From Eledone cirrhosa (Eukaryota): 64,000 bases of DNA. Below the pieces are notes generated by a model, which saw only the letters and a program-made list of their open reading frames with translations, searched no databases and was not told where the DNA came from. The position numbers and the translations under genes were made by a program. Below are positions 45,302 through 58,200 of the stretch, one piece after another (position 1 is the stretch's first letter; every line of letters starts with the position of its first letter). The DNA lies in contig OZ024752.1 of assembly GCA_964016885.1 (NCBI GenBank), forward strand, positions 23,374,001-23,438,000, written 5' to 3'.

Positions 45302-47170
45302 TCATTTTATCTGATGTGCTAACGATGCCATTCTATCTGACGTTCTAGCGACTGTAACTTTATCTGACGTGCTAACGACTGCCATTCTACCTGACGTTCT
45401 AGCGACTGTCATTCTATGTGACGTTCTAACAACTGTCATTCTACCTGACGTTCTAACGATTGTCATTCTATCTGACGTTCTAACCACTGTCATTCTATCT
45501 GACGTTCTAGCGACAGTCATTCCATCTGACTTTCTAACGACTGTCATTCTATCTGATGTTCTAACGACTGTCATTCTATCTGACATTCTAGCAACTGTCA
45601 TTCTATCTGACGTTCTAACCACTGTCATTCTATCTGACGTTATAGCGACTGTCATTCTACCTGACGTTCTAGCGACTGTCATTCTATCTGACGTTCTAGC
45701 GACTGTCATTCTATTTGATGTTCTAACCACTGTAATTCTATCTGACGTTTTAACGACTGTCGTTCTATCTGACGTTCTAGCGACTGTCATTCTATCTGAC
45801 GTTCTAACGACTGCCATTCTATCTGACGTTCTAACCAGTCATTCTATCTGACGTTCTAGCGATGTCATTCTATCTTACGTTCTAACAACTGTCAGTATAT
45901 CTGATGTTCTAACGACTATCATTCTATCTGATGTCCTAACGACTGTCATTCTATCTGACGTTCTAGCGACTGTCATTCTATCTGACGTTCTAACGACTGT
46001 AATTCTATCTGACGTTCTAACGACTGTCATTCTATCTCAATTTCTAACGACTGTCATTCTATCTGACGTTCTAACCACTGTCATTCTCTCTGACGTTCTA
46101 GCGACTGTCATTCTATCTGACGTTCTAGCTATTGTCATCCTATCTGACGTTCTAGCAACTGTCATTCTATCTGACGTTCCAACGACTGTTATTTTATCTG
46201 ACGTCCTAGCGACTGTCATTTTATCTGACGTTCTAACGACTGTCATTCTATCTGACGTTCTAACCACTGTCATTCTATCTGACGTTCTAACCACTGTCAT
46301 TCAAACTGACGTTCTAATGACTGTCATTTTATCTGACGTTCTAACGACTGTCGTTCTATCTGACGTTCTAGCGACCGTCATTCTATTTGACGTTCTAATG
46401 ACTGCCATTCTATCTGACGTTCTAACCAGTCATTCTATTTGACGTTCTATCGATGTCATTCCATCTGACGTTCTAACGTCTGTCATTCTATCTGCCGTTT
46501 TAGAGACTGTCATTCTATCTTACGTTCTAACAACTTTGAGTCTATCTGACGTTCTAACGACTGTCATTCTATCTCACGTTCTAACCACTGTCATTCTATC
46601 ACACGTTCTATCGACTGTCATTCTATTTGATGTTCTAACGACTGTCATTCTATCTGACGTTCTAACGACTGTCGTTCTATCTGACGTTCTAGCGACTGTC
46701 GTTCTATCTGACGTTCTAACGACTGCCATTCTATCTGACGTTCTTACGACTGTCATTCTATCTTCCGTTTTAGAGACTGTCATTCTATCTTACGTTCTAA
46801 CAACTGTGAGTCTATCTGACGTTCTAACGACTATCATTCTATCTGATGTTCTAACGACTGTCATTCTATCTGACGTTCTAGCTAGTGTCATTCTATCTGA
46901 CGTTCCAACGACTGTCATTCTATCTGACGTTCTAATGACTGTCATTCTATCTGACATTCTAGCGACTGTCATTCTATGTGACGTTCTAACCACTGTCATT
47001 CTATCTGACGATCTAGCGTCTGTTATTCTATCTGAATTCCTAATGACTGTCATTCTATATCACGTTCTAACCACTGTCAATCTCTCTGACGTTCTGGCGA
47101 CTGTCATTCTACCGGACGTTCTAACGACTGTCATACTATCTGACGTTCTTACCACTGGCATTCTATCTGA
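40300..47170. repeat. Tandem higher-order duplication, offset 3446 bp (about 128 monomers)
   Basis: Landmarks 40401/43847, 41856/45302, 42591/46037, 43128/46574 and 43614/47060 all differ by 3446. Both copies carry ttcaaactgac, aactttgagtc and taccggacg. Confidence 0.88.
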
Positions 47171-47299
47171 CGTTGTAGCGACTGTCATTCTATCTGACGT
47201 TCTAGCGATTGTCATCCTATCTGACGTTCTAACGACTGTCATTCTATCTGACATTCTAACGACTGTCATTCTATCTGACGTTCTAACCACTGTCATTCT

Positions 47300-50200
47300 A
47301 TCTGACGTTCTAGCGACTGTCATTCTATTTCATGTTCTAAAGACTGTCATTCTATCTGACATTCTAGCGCTTGTCATTCTATCTGACGTTCTAACAACTG
47401 TCATTCTATCTGACGTTCTAGCGACTGTCATTCTATCTGACGTTCTAACCACCGTCATTCTATCTGACGTTCTAACGCCTGTCATTCTATTTGACGTTCT
47501 AACAACTGTCATTCTATCTGATGTTCTAGTGACTGTCATTCTATCTGACGTTCTAACAACTGTCATTCTATCTGACGTTCTAACCACTGTAATTCTATCT
47601 GACGTTCTAACGCCTGTCATTATATTTGACGTACTAATGACTGTCATTCTATATATCGTTCTAACCACTGTCATTCTATCTGACGTTCTAGCGACTGTCA
47701 TTCTATTTGATGTTCTAACGACTGTCATTCTATCTGACGTTCTAACCACTGTCATTCTATCTGACGTTCTAACGACTGTAATTCTATCTGACGTTCTAAC
47801 GACTGTCATTCTATCTGAATTTTTAACAACTGTCATTCTATCTGAGGTTCTAACCACTGTCATTCTCTCTGACGTTCTAACGACTGTCATTCTATCTGAC
47901 GTTCTAACGACTGTAATTCTATCTGACGTTCTAACGACTGTCATTCAATCTGAATTTTTAACAACTGTCATTCTATCTGACGTTCTAACCACTGTCATTC
48001 TCTCTGACGTTCTAACGACTGTCATTCTATCTGACGTTCTAGCTATTGTCATCCTATCTGACGTTCTAGCGACTGTCATTCTATCTGATGTTCCAACGAC
48101 TGTTATTCTATCTGACGTCCTAGCTACTGTCATTCTACTGACGTTCTAACGACTGTAATTTTATCTGACGTTCTAACGACTGTCATTCTATCAGACGTTC
48201 TAACCACTGTCATTCTATCTGACGTTCTAACGACTGTCATTCTATCTGACGTTCTAACCACTGTCATTCTATCTGACGTTATAGCGACTGTCATTCTACC
48301 TGACGTTCTAGCGACTGTCATCCTATCTGACGTTCTAACGACTGCCATTCTATCTGCCGTTTTAGAGACTGTCATTCTATCTTACGTCCTAACAACTGTC
48401 AGTCTATCTGATGTTCTAACGACTATCATTCTATCTGATGTCCTAACGACTGTCATTCTATCTGACGTTCTAGCGATGTCATTCTCTCTGATGTTCTAAC
48501 GACTGTCATTCTATCTGCCGTTTTAGAGACTGTCATTCTATCTTACGTTCTAACAACTGTCAATCTATCTGATGTTCTAACGACTATCATTCTATCTGAT
48601 GTCCTAACGACTGTCATTCTATCTGACGTTCTAGCGACTGTCATTCTATCTGACGTTCTAACGACTGTCATTCTATCTGACGTTCTAACGACTGTCATTC
48701 TAACTGACATTCTAGCGACTGTCATTCTATCTGACGTTCTAACCACTGTCATTCTATCTGACGATCTAGCGTCTGTTATTCTATCTGAATTCCTAACGAC
48801 TGTCCTTCTATATCACGTTCTAACCACTGTCAATCTCTCTGACGTTCTGGCGACGGTCATTCTACCTGACGTTCTAACGACTGTCATACTATCTGACGTT
48901 CTTACCACTGTCATTCTATCTGACGTTCTAGCGACTGTCATTCTATTTCATGTTCTAAAGACTGTCATTCTATCTGACATTCTAGCGCTTGTCATTCTAT
49001 CTGACGTTCTAACAACTGTCATTCTATCTGACGTTCTAGCGACTGTCATTCTATCTGACGTTATAAAAACTGTCATTCTATCTGACGTTCTAACGACTGT
49101 AATTCTATCGAACGTTCTAACGCCTGTCATTCTAACTGCCGTTCTAACAACTGTCATTCTATCTGACGTTCTAGCGACTGTCATTCTATCTGACGTTCTA
49201 ACCACCGTCATTCTATTTGATGTTCTAACGCCTGTCATTCTATCTGACGTTCTAACAACTGTCATTCTATCTGATGTTCTAGTGACTGTCATTCTATCTG
49301 ACGTTCTAACGACTGTCATTCTATCTGACGTTCTAACCACTGTCATTCTATCTGCCGATCTAGCGACTGTCATTCTATCTGAATTTCTAACGACTGTCAT
49401 TCTATATCACGTTCTAACCACTGTCAATCTCTCTGACGTTCTAGCGACTGTCATTCTATCTGACGTTCAAACGTCTGTCATTCTATCTGACGTTCTAGCG
49501 ACTGTCATTCTATCTGAGTTCTAACGACTGTCATTCTATCTGACGTCCTAGCGACTGTCATTCTATCTGACGTTCTAACGAATGTCATTCTATCTGACGT
49601 TCTAACGACTGTCATACTATCTGACGTTCTAACCACTGTCATTCTATCTGACGTTCTAGCGACTGTCATTCTATCTGACGTTCTAACGACTGTCATTCTA
49701 TCTGACATTCTAGCGACTGTCATTATATGTGACATTCTAACCACTGTCATTCTATCTGACGTTCTAACGACTGTAATTCTATCGGACGTTCTAACGCCTG
49801 TCATTCTAACTGACGTTCTAACAACTGTCATTCTATCTGACGTTCTAGCGACTGTCATTCTATCTGACGTTCTAGCCACCGTCATTCTATCTGATGTTCT
49901 AACGCCTGTCATTCTATCTGACGTTCTAACAACTGTCATTCTATTGATGTTCTAGTGACTCTCATTCTATCTGACGTTCTAACAACTGTCATTCTATCTG
50001 ACGTTCTAACGACTGTAATTCTATCTGACGTTCTAACGCCTGTCATTATATTTGACGTACTAACGACTGTCATTCTATATATCGTTCTAACCACTGTCAT
50101 TCTATCTGACGTTCTAGCGACTGTCATTCTATTTGATGTTCTAACGACTGTCATTCTATCTGACGTTCTAACCACTGTCATTCTATGTGACGTTCTAACG

Positions 50201-53200
50201 ACTGTAATTCTATCTGACGTTCTAACGACTGTCATTCTATCTGAATTTTTAACAACTGTCATTCTATCTGACGTTCTAACCACTGTCATTCTCTCTGACG
50301 TTCTAGCGACTGTCATTCGATCTGACGTTCTAGCTATTGTCATCCTATCTGACGTTCTAGCTACTGTCATTCTACTGACGTTCTAACGACTGTAATTTTA
50401 TCTGACGTTCTAACGACTGTCATTCTATCTGACGTTCTAACGACTGTCATTCTATCTGACGTTCTAACGACTGTCATTTTATCTGACGTTCTAACGACAT
50501 TAATTCTATCTGACGTTCTAACCACTGTCATTCTATCTGACGTTCTAACCACTGTCATTCTATCTGACGTTCTAGCGACTGTCATTCTATTTCATGTTCT
50601 AAAGACTGTCATTCTATCTGACATTCTAGCGCTTGTCATTCTATCTGACGTTCTAACAACTGTCATTCTATCTGACGTTCTAGCGACTGTCATTCTATCT
50701 GACGTTATAACAACTGTCATTCTATCTGACGTTCTAACGACTGTAAATCTATCGGACGTTCTAACGCCTGTCATTCTAACTGACGTTCTAACAACTGTCA
50801 TTCTATCTGACGTTCTAGCGACTGTCATTCTATCTGACGTTCTAACCACCGTCATTCTATCTGATGTTCTAAAGCCTGTCATTCCATCTGACGTTCTAAC
50901 AACTGCCATTCTATTTGATGTTCTAGTGACTCTCATTATATCTGACGTTCTAACAACTGTCATTCTATCTGACGTTCTAACGACTGTAATTCTATCTGAC
51001 GTTCTAACGCCTGTCATTATATTTGACGTACTAATAACTGTCATTCTATATATCGTTCTAACCACTGTCATTCTATCTGACGTTCTAGCGACTGTCATTC
51101 TATTTGATGTTCTAACGACTGGCATTCTATCTGACGTTCTAACCACTGTCATTCTATCTGACGTTCTAACGACTGTCATTCTATCTGAATTTTTAACAAC
51201 TGTCATTCTATCTGACGTTCTAACCTCTGTCATTCTCTCTGACGTTATAGCGACTGTCATTCTATCTGACGTTCTAGCTATTGTCATCCTATCTGACGTT
51301 CTAGCGACTGTCATTCTATCTGATGTTCCAACGACTGTTATTCTATCTGACGTCCTAGCTACTGTCATTCTACTGACGTTCTAACGACTGTAATTTTATC
51401 TGACGTTCTAACGACATTCATTCTATCTGATGTTCTAACCACTGTCATTCTATCTGACGTTCTAACCACTGTCATTCTATCTGACGTTATAGCGACTGTC
51501 ATTCTACCTGACGTTCTAGCGACTGTCATTCTATCTGACGTTCTAACGACTGCCATTCTATCTGACGTTCAAAGTAGTCATTCTATCTGACGTTCTAGCG
51601 ATGTCATTCTCTCTGACGTTCTAACGACTGTCATTCTATCTGCCGTTTTAGAGACTGTCATTCTATCTTACGTTCTAACAACTGTCAGTCTATCTGATGT
51701 TCTAACGACTATCATTCTATCTGATGTCCTAACGACTGTCATTCTATCTGACGTTCTAGCGACTGTCATTCTATCTGACGTTCTAACGACTGTCATTCTA
51801 TCTGACGTTCTAACGACTGTCATTCTAACTGACATTCTAGCGACTGTCATTCTATCTGACGTTCTAACCACTATCATTCTATCTGACGATCTAGCGACTG
51901 TCATTCTATCTGAATTTCTAACGACTCTCATTCTATATCACGTTCTAACCACTGTCAATCTCTCTGACGTTCTAGCGACTGTCATTCTATCTGACGTTCA
52001 AACGTCTGTCATTCTATCTGACGTTCTAGCGACTGTCATTCTATCTGATTTCTAACGACTGTCATTCTATCTGACGTCCTAGCGACTGTCATTCTATCTG
52101 ACGTTCTAACGAATGTCATTCTATCTGACGTTCTAACGACTGTCATACTATCTGATGTTCTAACCACTGTCATTCTATCTGACGTTCTAGCGACTGTCAT
52201 TCTATCTGACGTTCTAACGACTGTCATTCTATCTGACATTCTAGCGACTGTCATTCTATGTGACGTTCTAACCACTGTCATTCTATCTGACGATCTAGCG
52301 TCTGTTATTCTATCTGAATTCCTAACGACTGTTATTCTATATCACGTTCTAACCACTGTCAATCTCTCTGACGTTCTGGCGACGGTCATTCTACCTGACG
52401 TTCTAACAACTGTCATACTATCTGACGTTCTTACCACTGTCATTCTATCTGACGTTCTAGCGACTGTCATTCTATTTCATGTTCTAAAGACTGTCATTCT
52501 ATCTGACATTCTAGCGCTTGTCATTCTATCTGACGTTCTAACAACTGTCATTCTATCTGACGTTCTAGCGACTGTCATTCTATCTGACGTTATAACAATT
52601 GTCATTCTATCTGACGTTCTATCGACTGTAATTCTATCGGACGTTCTACCGCCTGTCATTCTAACTGACGTTCTAACAACTGTCATTCTATCTGACGTTC
52701 TAGCGACTGTCATTCTATCTGACGTTCTAACCACCGTCATTCTATCTGATGTTCTAACGCCTGTCATTCTAACTGACGTTCTAACAACTGTCATTCTATC
52801 TGACGTTCTAGCGACTGTCATTCTATCTGACGTTCTAACCACCGTCATTCTATCTGATGTTCTAAAGCCTGTCATTCTATCTGACGTTCTAACAACTGCC
52901 ATTCTATTTGATGTTCTAGTGACTGTCATTCTATCTGTCGTTCTAACAACTGTAATTCTATCTGACGTTCTAACGCCTGTCATTATATTTGACGTACTAA
53001 TGACTGTCATTCTATATATCGTCCTAACCACTGTCATTCTATCTGACGTTCTAGCGACTGTCATTCTATTTGATGTTCTAACGACTGTCATTCTATCTGA
53101 CGTTCTAACCACTGTCATTCTATCTGACGTTCTAACGACTGTCATTCTATCTGAATTTTTAACAACTGTCATTCTATCTGACGTTCTAACCACTGTCATT

Positions 53201-56200
53201 CTCTCTGACGTTATAGCGACTGTCATTCTATCTGACGTTCTAGCTATTGTCATCCTATCTGACGTTCTAGCGACTGTCATTCTATCTGATGTTCCAACGA
53301 CTGTTATTCTATCTGACGTCCTAGCTACTGTCATTCTACTGACGTTCTAACGACTGTAATTTTATCTGACGTTCTAACGACTGTCATTCTATCTGACGTT
53401 CTAACCACTGTCATTCTATCTGACGTTCTAACGACTGTCATTTTATCTGACGTTCTAACGACATTCATTCCATCTGACGTTCTAACCACTGTCATTCTAT
53501 CTGACGTTCTAACCACTGTCATTCTATCTGACGTTATAGCGACTGTCATTCTACCTGACGTTCTAGCGACTGTCATTCTATCTGACGTTCTAACGACTGC
53601 CATTCTATCTGACGTTCAAAGCAGTCATTCTATCTGACGTTCTAGCGATGTCATTCTCTCTGACGTTCTAACGACTGTCATTCTATCTGACGTTCAAAGC
53701 AGTCATTCTATCTGATGTTCTAACGACTATCATTCTATCTGATGTCCTAACGACTGTCATTCTATCTGACGTTCTAGCGACTGTCATTCTATCTGACGTT
53801 CTAACGACTGTCATTCTATCTGACGTTCTAACGACTGTCATTCTAACTGACATTCTAGCGACTGTCATTCTATCTGACGTTCTAACCACTGTCATTCTAT
53901 CTGACGATCTAGCGACTGTCATTCTATCTGAATTTCTAACGACTCTCATTCTATATCACGTTCTAACCACTGTCAATCTCTCTGACGTTCTAGCGACTGT
54001 CATTCTATCTGACGTTCAAACGTCTGTCATTCTATCTGACGTTCTAGCGACTGTCATTCTATCTGAGTCCTAACGGCTGTCATTCTATCTGACGTCCTAG
54101 CGACTGTCATTCTATCTGACGTTCTAACGAATGTCATTCTATCTGACGTTCTAACGACTGTCATACTATCTGACGTTCTAACCACTGTCATTCTATCTGA
54201 CGTTCTAGCGACTGTCATACTATCTGACGTTCTAACGACTGTCATTCTATCTGACATTCTAGCGACTGTCATTCTATGTGACGTTCTAACCACTGTCATT
54301 CTATCTGACGATCTAGCGTCTGTTATTCTATCTGAATTCCTAACGACTGTCATTCTATATCACGTTCTAACCACTGTCAATCTCTCTGACGTTCTGGCGA
54401 CGGTCATTCTACCTGACATTCTAACAACTGTCATACTATCTGACGTTCTTACCACTGTCATTCTATCTGACGTTCTAGCGACTGTCATTCTATTTCATGT
54501 TCTAAAGACTGTCATTCTATCTGACATTCTAGCGCTTGTCATTCTATCTGACGTTCTAACAACTGTCATTCTATCTGACGTTCTAGCGACTGTCATTCTA
54601 TCTGACGTTATAACAATTGTCATTCTATCTGACGTTCTATCGACTGTAATTCTATCGGACGTTCTACCGCCTGTCATTCTAACTGACGTTCTAACAACTG
54701 TCATTCTATCTGACGTTCTAGCGACTGTCATTCTATCTGACGTTCTAACCACCGTCATTCTATCTGATGTTCTAACGCCTGTCATTCTATCTGACGTTCT
54801 AACAACTGTCATTCTATCTGATGTTCTAGTGACTGTCATTCTATCTGACGTTCTAACAACTGTCATTCTATCTGACGTTCTAACGACTGTAATTCTATCT
54901 GACGTTCTAACGCCTGTCATTATATTTGACGTACTAACGACTGTCATTCTATATATCGTTCTAACCACTGTTATTCTATCTGACGTTCTAGCGACTGTCA
55001 TTCTATTTGATGTTCTAACGACTGTCATTCTATCTGACGTTCTAACCACTGTCATTCTATCTGACGTTCTAACGACTGTAATTCTATCTGACGTTCTAAC
55101 GACTGTCATTCTATCTGAATTTTTAACAACTGTCATTCTATCTGACGTTCTAACCACTGTAATTCTCTCTGACGTTCTAGCGACTGTCATTCTATCTGAC
55201 GTTCTAGCTATTGTCATCCTATCTGACGTTCTAGCGACTGTCATTCTATCTGATGTTCCAACGACTGTTATTCTATCTGACGTCCTAGCTACTGTCATTC
55301 TACTGATGTTCTAACGACTGTAATTTTATCTGACGTTCTAACGACTGTCATTCTATCTGACGTTCTAACCACTGTCATTCTATCTGACGTTCTAACGACT
55401 GTCATTTTATCTGACGTTCTAACGACATTCATTCTATCTGACGTTCTAACCACTGTCATTCTATCTGACGTTCTAACCACTGTCATTCTATCTGACGTTA
55501 TAGCGACTGTCATTCAACCTGACGTTCTAGCGACTGTCATTCTATCTGACGTTCTAACGACTGCCATTCAATCTAACGTTCAAAGCAGTCATTCTATCTG
55601 ACGTTCTAGCGATGTCATTCTCTCTGACGTTCTAACGACTGTCATTCTATCTGCCGTTTTAGAGACTGTCATTCTATCTTACGTTCTAACAACTGTCATT
55701 CTATCTGATGTTCTAACGACTATCATTCTATCTGATGTCCTAACGACTGTCATTCTATCTGACGTTCTAGCGACTGTCATTCTATCTGACGTTCTAACGA
55801 CTGTCATTCTATCTGACGTTCTAACGACTGTCATTCTATCTGACGTTCTAACGACTGTCATTCTAACTGACATTCTAGCGACTGTCATTCTATCTGACGT
55901 TCTAACCACTGTCATTCTATCTGACGATCTAGCGACTGTCATTCTATTTGAATTTCTAACGACTCTCATTCTATATCACGTTCTAACCACTGTCAATCTC
56001 TCTGACGTTCTAGCGACTGTCATTCTATCTGACGTTCAAACGTCTTTCATTCTATCTGACGTTCTAGCGACTGTCATTCTATCTGAGTTCTAAGGACTGT
56101 CATTCTATCTGACGTCCTAGGGACTGTCATTCTATCTGACGTTCTAACGAATGTCATTCTATCTGACGTTCTAACGACTGTCATACTATCTGACGTTCTA

Positions 56201-58200
56201 ACCACTGTCATTCTATCTGACGTTCTAGCGACTGTCATTCTATCTGACGTTCTAACGACTGTCATTCTATCTGACATTCTAGCGACTGTCATTCTATGTG
56301 ACGTTCTAACCACTGTCATTCTATCTGACGATCTAGCGTCTGTTATTCTATCTGAATTCCTAACGACTGTCATTCTATATCACGTTCTAACCACTGTCAA
56401 TCTCTCTGACGTTCTGGCGACGGTCATCTACCTGACGTTCTAACAACTGTCATACTATCTGACGTTCTTACCACTGTCATTCTATCTGACGTTCTAACAA
56501 CTGTCATTCTATCTGACGTTCTAGCGACTGTCATTCTATCTGACGTTATAACAATTGTCATTCTATCTGACGTTCTATCGACTGTAATTCTATCGGACGT
56601 TCTACCGCCTGTAATTCTCTCTGACGTTCTAGCGACTGTCATTCTATCTGACGTTCTATCTATTGTCATCCTATCTGACGTTCTAGCGACTGTCATTCTA
56701 TCTGATGTTCCAACGACTGTTATTCTATCTGACGTCCTAGCTACTGTCATTCTACTGACGTTCTAACGACTGTAATTTTATCTGACGTTCTAACGACTGT
56801 CATTCTATCTGACGTTCTAACCACTGTCATTCTATCTGACGTTCTAACGACTGTCATTTTATCTGACGTTCTAACGACATTCATTCTATCTGACGTTCTA
56901 ACCACTGTCATTCTATCTGACGTTCTAACCACTGTCATTCTATCTGACGTTATAGCGACTGTCATTCTACCTGACGTTCTAGCGACTGTCATTCTATCTG
57001 ACGTTCTAACAACTGCCATTCTATCTAACGTTCAAAGCAGTCATTCTATCTGACGTTCTAGCGATGTCATTCTCTCTGACGTTCTAACGACTGTCATTCT
57101 ATCTGCCGTTTTAGAGACTGTCATTCTATCTTACGTTCTAACAACGCTCATTCTATCTGATGTTCTAACGACTATCATTCTATCTGATGTCCTAACGACT
57201 GTCATTCTATCTGACGTTCTAGCGACTGTCATTCTATCTGACGTTCTAACGACTGTCATTCTATCTGACGTTCTAACGACTGTCATTCTATCTGACATTC
57301 TAGCGACTGTCATTCTATCTGACGTTCTAACCACTGTCATTCTATCTGACGATCTAGCGTCTGTTATTCTATCTGAATTCCTAACGACTGTCATTCTATA
57401 TCACGTTCTAACCACTGTCAATCTCTCTGACGTTCTGGCGACGGTCATCTACCTGACGTTCTAACAACTGTCATACTATCTGACGTTCTTACCACTGTCA
57501 TTCTATCTGACGTTCTAACAACTGTCATTCTATCTGACGTTCTAGCGACTGTCATTCTATCTGACGTTATAACAATTGTCATTCTATCTGACGTTCTATC
57601 GACTGTAATTCTATCGGACGTTCTACCGCCTGTCATTCTAACTGACGTTCTAACAACTGTCATTCTATCTGACGTTCTAACCACCGTCATTCTATCTGAT
57701 GTTCTAACGCCTGTCATTCTAACTGACGTTCTAACAACTGTCATTCTATCTGACGTTCTAGCGACTGTCATTCTATCTGACGTTCTAACCACCGTCATTC
57801 TATCTGATGTTCTAAAGCCTGTCATTCTATCTGACGTTCTAACAACTGCCATTCTATTTGATGTTCTAGTGACTGTCATTCTATCTGACGTTCTAACAAC
57901 TGTCATTCTATCTCACGTTCTAACGACTGTAATTCTATCTGACGTTCTAACGCCTGTCATTATATTTGACGTACTAATGACTGTCATTCTATATATCGTT
58001 CTAACCACTGTCATTCTATCTGACGTTCTAGCGACTGTCATTCTATTTGATGTTCTAACGACTGTCATTCTATCTGACGTTCTAACAACTGTCATTCTAT
58101 CTGACGTTCTAACGACTGTCATTCTATCTGACGTTCTAACGACTGTCATTCTATCTGAATTTTTAACGACTGTCATTCTATCTGACGTTCTAACCACTGT
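47300..58200. repeat. Older, irregular higher-order repeat of about 1.9-2.0 kb (about 70-75 monomers)
   Basis: Landmarks 50592/52477/54495 (1885, 2018), 51365/53331/55295 (1966, 1964) and 52036/54054/56074 (2018, 2020). Copies differ by whole-monomer gains and losses. Confidence 0.75.
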
